This document shows, piece after piece, positions 58,190 to 64,000 of a stretch of 64,000 nt of DNA. Below the pieces are notes generated by a model. It was given only the letters and a program-made list of their open reading frames with translations, was not told the DNA's origin and ran no database searches. The stretch is taken from the NCBI RefSeq assembly GCF_009914755.1, contig NC_060948.1. The stretch is one strand, 5' to 3'. Position 1 is the stretch's first letter. Each line of letters opens with the position of its first letter. The position numbers and the translations under genes are program-made. The stretch comes from the human T2T-CHM13v2.0 reference genome, Homo sapiens.

Positions 58190-60294
58190 AGATCCATATT
58201 TTTTAAATGAAAAAAAATTTCAAAGGTACTCTGCTTGGTACAATAATCAAATGTATAAACTGAGGAATAAAACATAACCATGAAACCTACTTATAACTGC
58301 ATATGGAAAATACAGAGGATAATTTTTTAAATAACATATTTTGAAAGCCTTAACTAGTAATTTGAAGAGTTGGCATTTGAAAGGCCAGTATGAATATACC
58401 TTCAAAGCAGCAACACAGGTTCCCCATGAGAAAAAGCAAACACAGGGAAAATAAAAACACAAAGGTTCAATCTCTTCTGACCTTTGAAAGACACAGCACA
58501 GACAGTGGTCCTTAGGACGAAGAGCAGGAGACCCCTAATTCCGTCACCATGGCGATAGGGCATAAACATTGCTGGGTGAGGGCACAATCCACATTGTGAG
58601 GTCCAACTGCTGCCAGGAAGACAGGAGTGCTTTTACATAGACCGAAAGGTCATTGAAGGCTCAGAGTTTTGTTTCAAGAACTGAATCCCAAGCCCACACG
58701 TTATTAGGCTGCGCTTCTTAAAACAAGTTATGAGATGGGAAAAAGGGCACCCACAAACATACGTATACATTATGTATATAATAATATACAGTATCATATA
58801 TATAATATATATAACCTATGTATAATATTGTTTTACATCCTGCATCTTATGTTATATATATTGTATAAAATATAGTAATTGATAATATATAAGTTTTATA
58901 ATTATACAATATGACATATAGTATATATTATAATTTATGACATATATAATATATGTTATATATCATATATAGAATATATTATACGGTTAATATACGTATT
59001 AAATATAAATTATACATTATATATATTATATATAATATATCTGTTATATATAATACCCATTATGCATAATATATATATTATGTCTATGTTATATATAGTA
59101 TAAAACAACATATAATAATATATAATTGTATATATAAAATGCGACATATAATATATATTATATTTTATAACATATGTAATATATATTATATATTATATAT
59201 AATACGTTGTATGTATAATACCTATATTAAATATATATTATATGACTATGTTATTAATTACATGTCACATGTGTTATATATTATATATTTTACATAGAAT
59301 ATACCGGTTACATACAATATATACTAAGTTACCTATAATGTATAATTTATTACATGTAAAATAAAGAATGCAATATATTATGTATAATTTATAATATACA
59401 ATATGTGGAATGTGATATATATAACATATAATATATGATATATGATATACAGTATATGATATATAACATACAATATATGATTCCTAATATATATGGTATA
59501 CAATATGTATTTTATGATATGTATTCTATATGTTTTATATTCTGTTATATATAACTATTTGAAATTATATATAACTGTATAATATTTTATGTAAATATGT
59601 AATATAATATATATAACTATATAATATATTATATATAACTATATATTATGTTATATATACTTTTATAACATAATTTACATAAAATATCATAATATAATAT
59701 ATATTATATTATTTCATATTACATAATATATATTACATATCACCCAATATAACTAACATACATAATATTATAATATAGATTATATTGTGTTATATTAAAT
59801 ATCATATATATCATGTATCATATATTCTATAATATATATTACACATTATATAATATGTATGTTGTCTATTATGTGATATATATAACTCTATATATAATTA
59901 TATTTTTATACAAATAACTAGATAAACATGTAATTCTACATATTTTCATTTATAATATGTAGAATTATATAATCATATATAATTATTTATATTCTATAAA
60001 AAATTTTATCATTATATAAATTATAATATATAAAAATTATAATATGTACTACAAATATATATATTATATATCATATATGATATAGTAACTTTGTTATATA
60101 TCATAATACATATAAATGTGTATTATGTTATCTATAATTATATAATTTCATATATAAGATGTATAATATGTATCATATATTATATATGTTATGTAATATA
60201 TATAGTATATATAAGATGACACAGGATAAATATTATATACTATGACATATAAAATATATGAGGTTATATGTTACATATAAGGCATAGCACATAA

Positions 60295-60609
<315 letters not shown>

Positions 60610-62714
60610 AGATCCATATTTTTTAAATGAAAAAAAATTTCAAAGGTACTCTGCTTGGTACAATAATCAAATGTATAAACTGAGGAATAAAACATAACCA
60701 TGAAACCTACTTATAACTGCATATGGAAAATACAGAGGATAATTTTTTAAATAACATATTTTGAAAGCCTTAACTAGTAATTTGAAGAGTTGGCATTTGA
60801 AAGGCCAGTATGAATATACCTTCAAAGCAGCAACACAGGTTCCCCATGAGAAAAAGCAAACACAGGGAAAATAAAAACACAAAGGTTCAATCTCTTCTGA
60901 CCTTTGAAAGACACAGCACAGACAGTGGTCCTTAGGACGAAGAGCAGGAGACCCCTAATTCCGTCACCATGGCGATAGGGCATAAACATTGCTGGGTGAG
61001 GGCACAATCCACATTGTGAGGTCCAACTGCTGCCAGGAAGACAGGAGTGCTTTTACATAGACCGAAAGGTCATTGAAGGCTCAGAGTTTTGTTTCAAGAA
61101 CTGAATCCCAAGCCCACACGTTATTAGGCTGCGCTTCTTAAAACAAGTTATGAGATGGGAAAAAGGGCACCCACAAACATACGTATACATTATGTATATA
61201 ATAATATACAGTATCATATATATAATATATATAACCTATGTATAATATTGTTTTACATCCTGCATCTTATGTTATATATATTGTATAAAATATAGTAATT
61301 GATAATATATAAGTTTTATAATTATACAATATGACATATAGTATATATTATAATTTATGACATATATAATATATGTTATATATCATATATAGAATATATT
61401 ATACGGTTAATATACGTATTAAATATAAATTATACATTATATATATTATATATAATATATCTGTTATATATAATACCCATTATGCATAATATATATATTA
61501 TGTCTATGTTATATATAGTATAAAACAACATATAATAATATATAATTGTATATATAAAATGCAACATATAATATATATTATATTTTATAACATATGTAAT
61601 ATATATTATATATTATATATAATACGTTGTATGTATAATACCTATATTAAATATATATTATATGACTATGTTATTAATTACATGTCACATGTGTTATATA
61701 TTATATATTTTACATAGAATATACCGGTTACATACAATATATACTAAGTTACCTATAATGTATAATTTATTACATGTAAAATAAAGAATGCAATATATTA
61801 TGTATAATTTATAATATACAATATGTGGAATGTGATATATATAACATATAATATATGATATATGATATACAGTATATGATATATAACATACAATATATGA
61901 TTCCTAATATATATGGTATACAATATGTATTTTATGATATGTATTCTATATGTTTTATATTCTGTTATATATAACTATTTGAAATTATATATAACTGTAT
62001 AATATTTTATGTAAATATGTAATATAATATATATAACTATATAATATATTATATATAACTATATATTATGTTATATATACTTTTATAACATAATTTACAT
62101 AAAATATCATAATATAATATATATTATATTATTTCATATTACATAATATATATTACATATCACCCAATATAACTAACATACATAATATTATAATATAGAT
62201 TATATTGTGTTATATTAAATATCATATATATCATGTATCATATATTCTATAATATATATTACACATTATATAATACGTATGTTGTCTATTATGTGATATA
62301 TATAACTCTATATAAAATTATATTTTTATACAAATAACTAGATAAACATGTAATTCTACATATTTTCATTTATAATATGTAGAATTATATAATCATATAT
62401 AATTATTTATATTCTATAAAAAATTTTATCATTATATAAATTATAATATATAAAAATTATAATATGTACTACAAATATATATATTATATATCATATATGA
62501 TATAGTAACTTTGTTATATATCATAATACATATAAATGTGTATTATGTTATCTATAATTATATAATTTCATATATAAGATGTATAATATGTATCATATAT
62601 TATATATGTTATGTAATATATATAGTATATATAAGATGACACAGGATAAATATTATATACTATGACATATAAAATATATGAGGTTATATGTTACATATAA
62701 GGCATAGCACATAA

Positions 62715-63029
<315 letters not shown>

Positions 63030-64000
63030 AGATCCATATTTTTTAAATGAAAAAAAATTTCAAAGGTACTCTGCTTGGTACAATAATCAAATGTATAAAC
63101 TGAGGAATAAAACATAACCATGAAACCTACTTATAACTGCATATGGAAAATACAGAGGATAATTTTTTAAATAACATATTTTGAAAGCCTTAACTAGTAA
63201 TTTGAAGAGTTGGCATTTGAAAGGCCAGTATGAATATACCTTCAAAGCAGCAACACAGGTTCCCCATGAGAAAAAGCAAACACAGGGAAAATAAAAACAC
63301 AAAGGTTCAATCTCTTCTGACCTTTGAAAGACACAGCACAGACAGTGGTCCTTAGGACGAAGAGCAGGAGACCCCTAATTCCGTCACCATGGCGATAGGG
63401 CATAAACATTGCTGGGTGAGGGCACAATCCACATTGTGAGGTCCAACTGCTGCCAGGAAGACAGGAGTGCTTTTACATAGACCGAAAGGTCATTGAAGGC
63501 TCAGAGTTTTGTTTCAAGAACTGAATCCCAAGCCCACACGTTATTAGGCTGCGATTCTTAAAACAAGTTATGAGATGGGAAAAAGGGCACCCACAAACAT
63601 ACGTATACATTATGTATATAATAATATACAGTATCATATATATAATATATATAACCTATGTATAATATTGTTTTACATCCTGCATCTTATGTTATATATA
63701 TTGTATAAAATATAGTAATTGATAATATATAAGTTTTATAATTATACAATATGACATATAGTATATATTATAATTTATGACATATATAATATATGTTATA
63801 TATCATATATAGAATATATTATAAGGTTAATATACGTATTAAATATAAATTATACATTATATATATTATATATAATATATCTGTTATATATAATACCCAT
63901 TATGCATAATATATATATTATGTCTATGTTATATATAGTATAAAACAACATATAATAATATATAATTGTATATATAAAATGCGACATATAATATATATTA

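Overview
The whole 64-kb window is one uninterrupted head-to-tail tandem array of a ~2.42-kb composite satellite: 26 full periods plus a partial one, all in the same orientation and by eye about 99% identical. Each unit has three parts on the + strand: a 5'-truncated, old Alu on the minus strand (~292 bp), a ~570-bp mixed-composition HSATI-type segment, and a ~1.55-kb degenerate AT-rich simple-repeat tract. This architecture, the unit length and a predicted 2145-bp HaeIII fragment match the human DYZ2/HSat1B satellite, typical of Yq12 heterochromatin with related copies on acrocentric short arms. No protein-coding gene, RNA gene, CRISPR array or prokaryotic feature is supported; the short ORFs are by-products of the repeat. 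I found no convincing new biological system. The most informative signals are the variant-defined substructure of the array (length classes, multi-unit duplications, mosaic units, a recently homogenised terminal block) and a few speculative per-unit motifs. Unit starts used below (at caggtagctg): 1, 2420, 4839, 7259, 9679, 12097, 14510, 16923, 19341, 21754, 24167, 26580, 29000, 31413, 33826, 36239, 38652, 41072, 43492, 45912, 48332, 50752, 53172, 55592, 58012, 60432, 62852.
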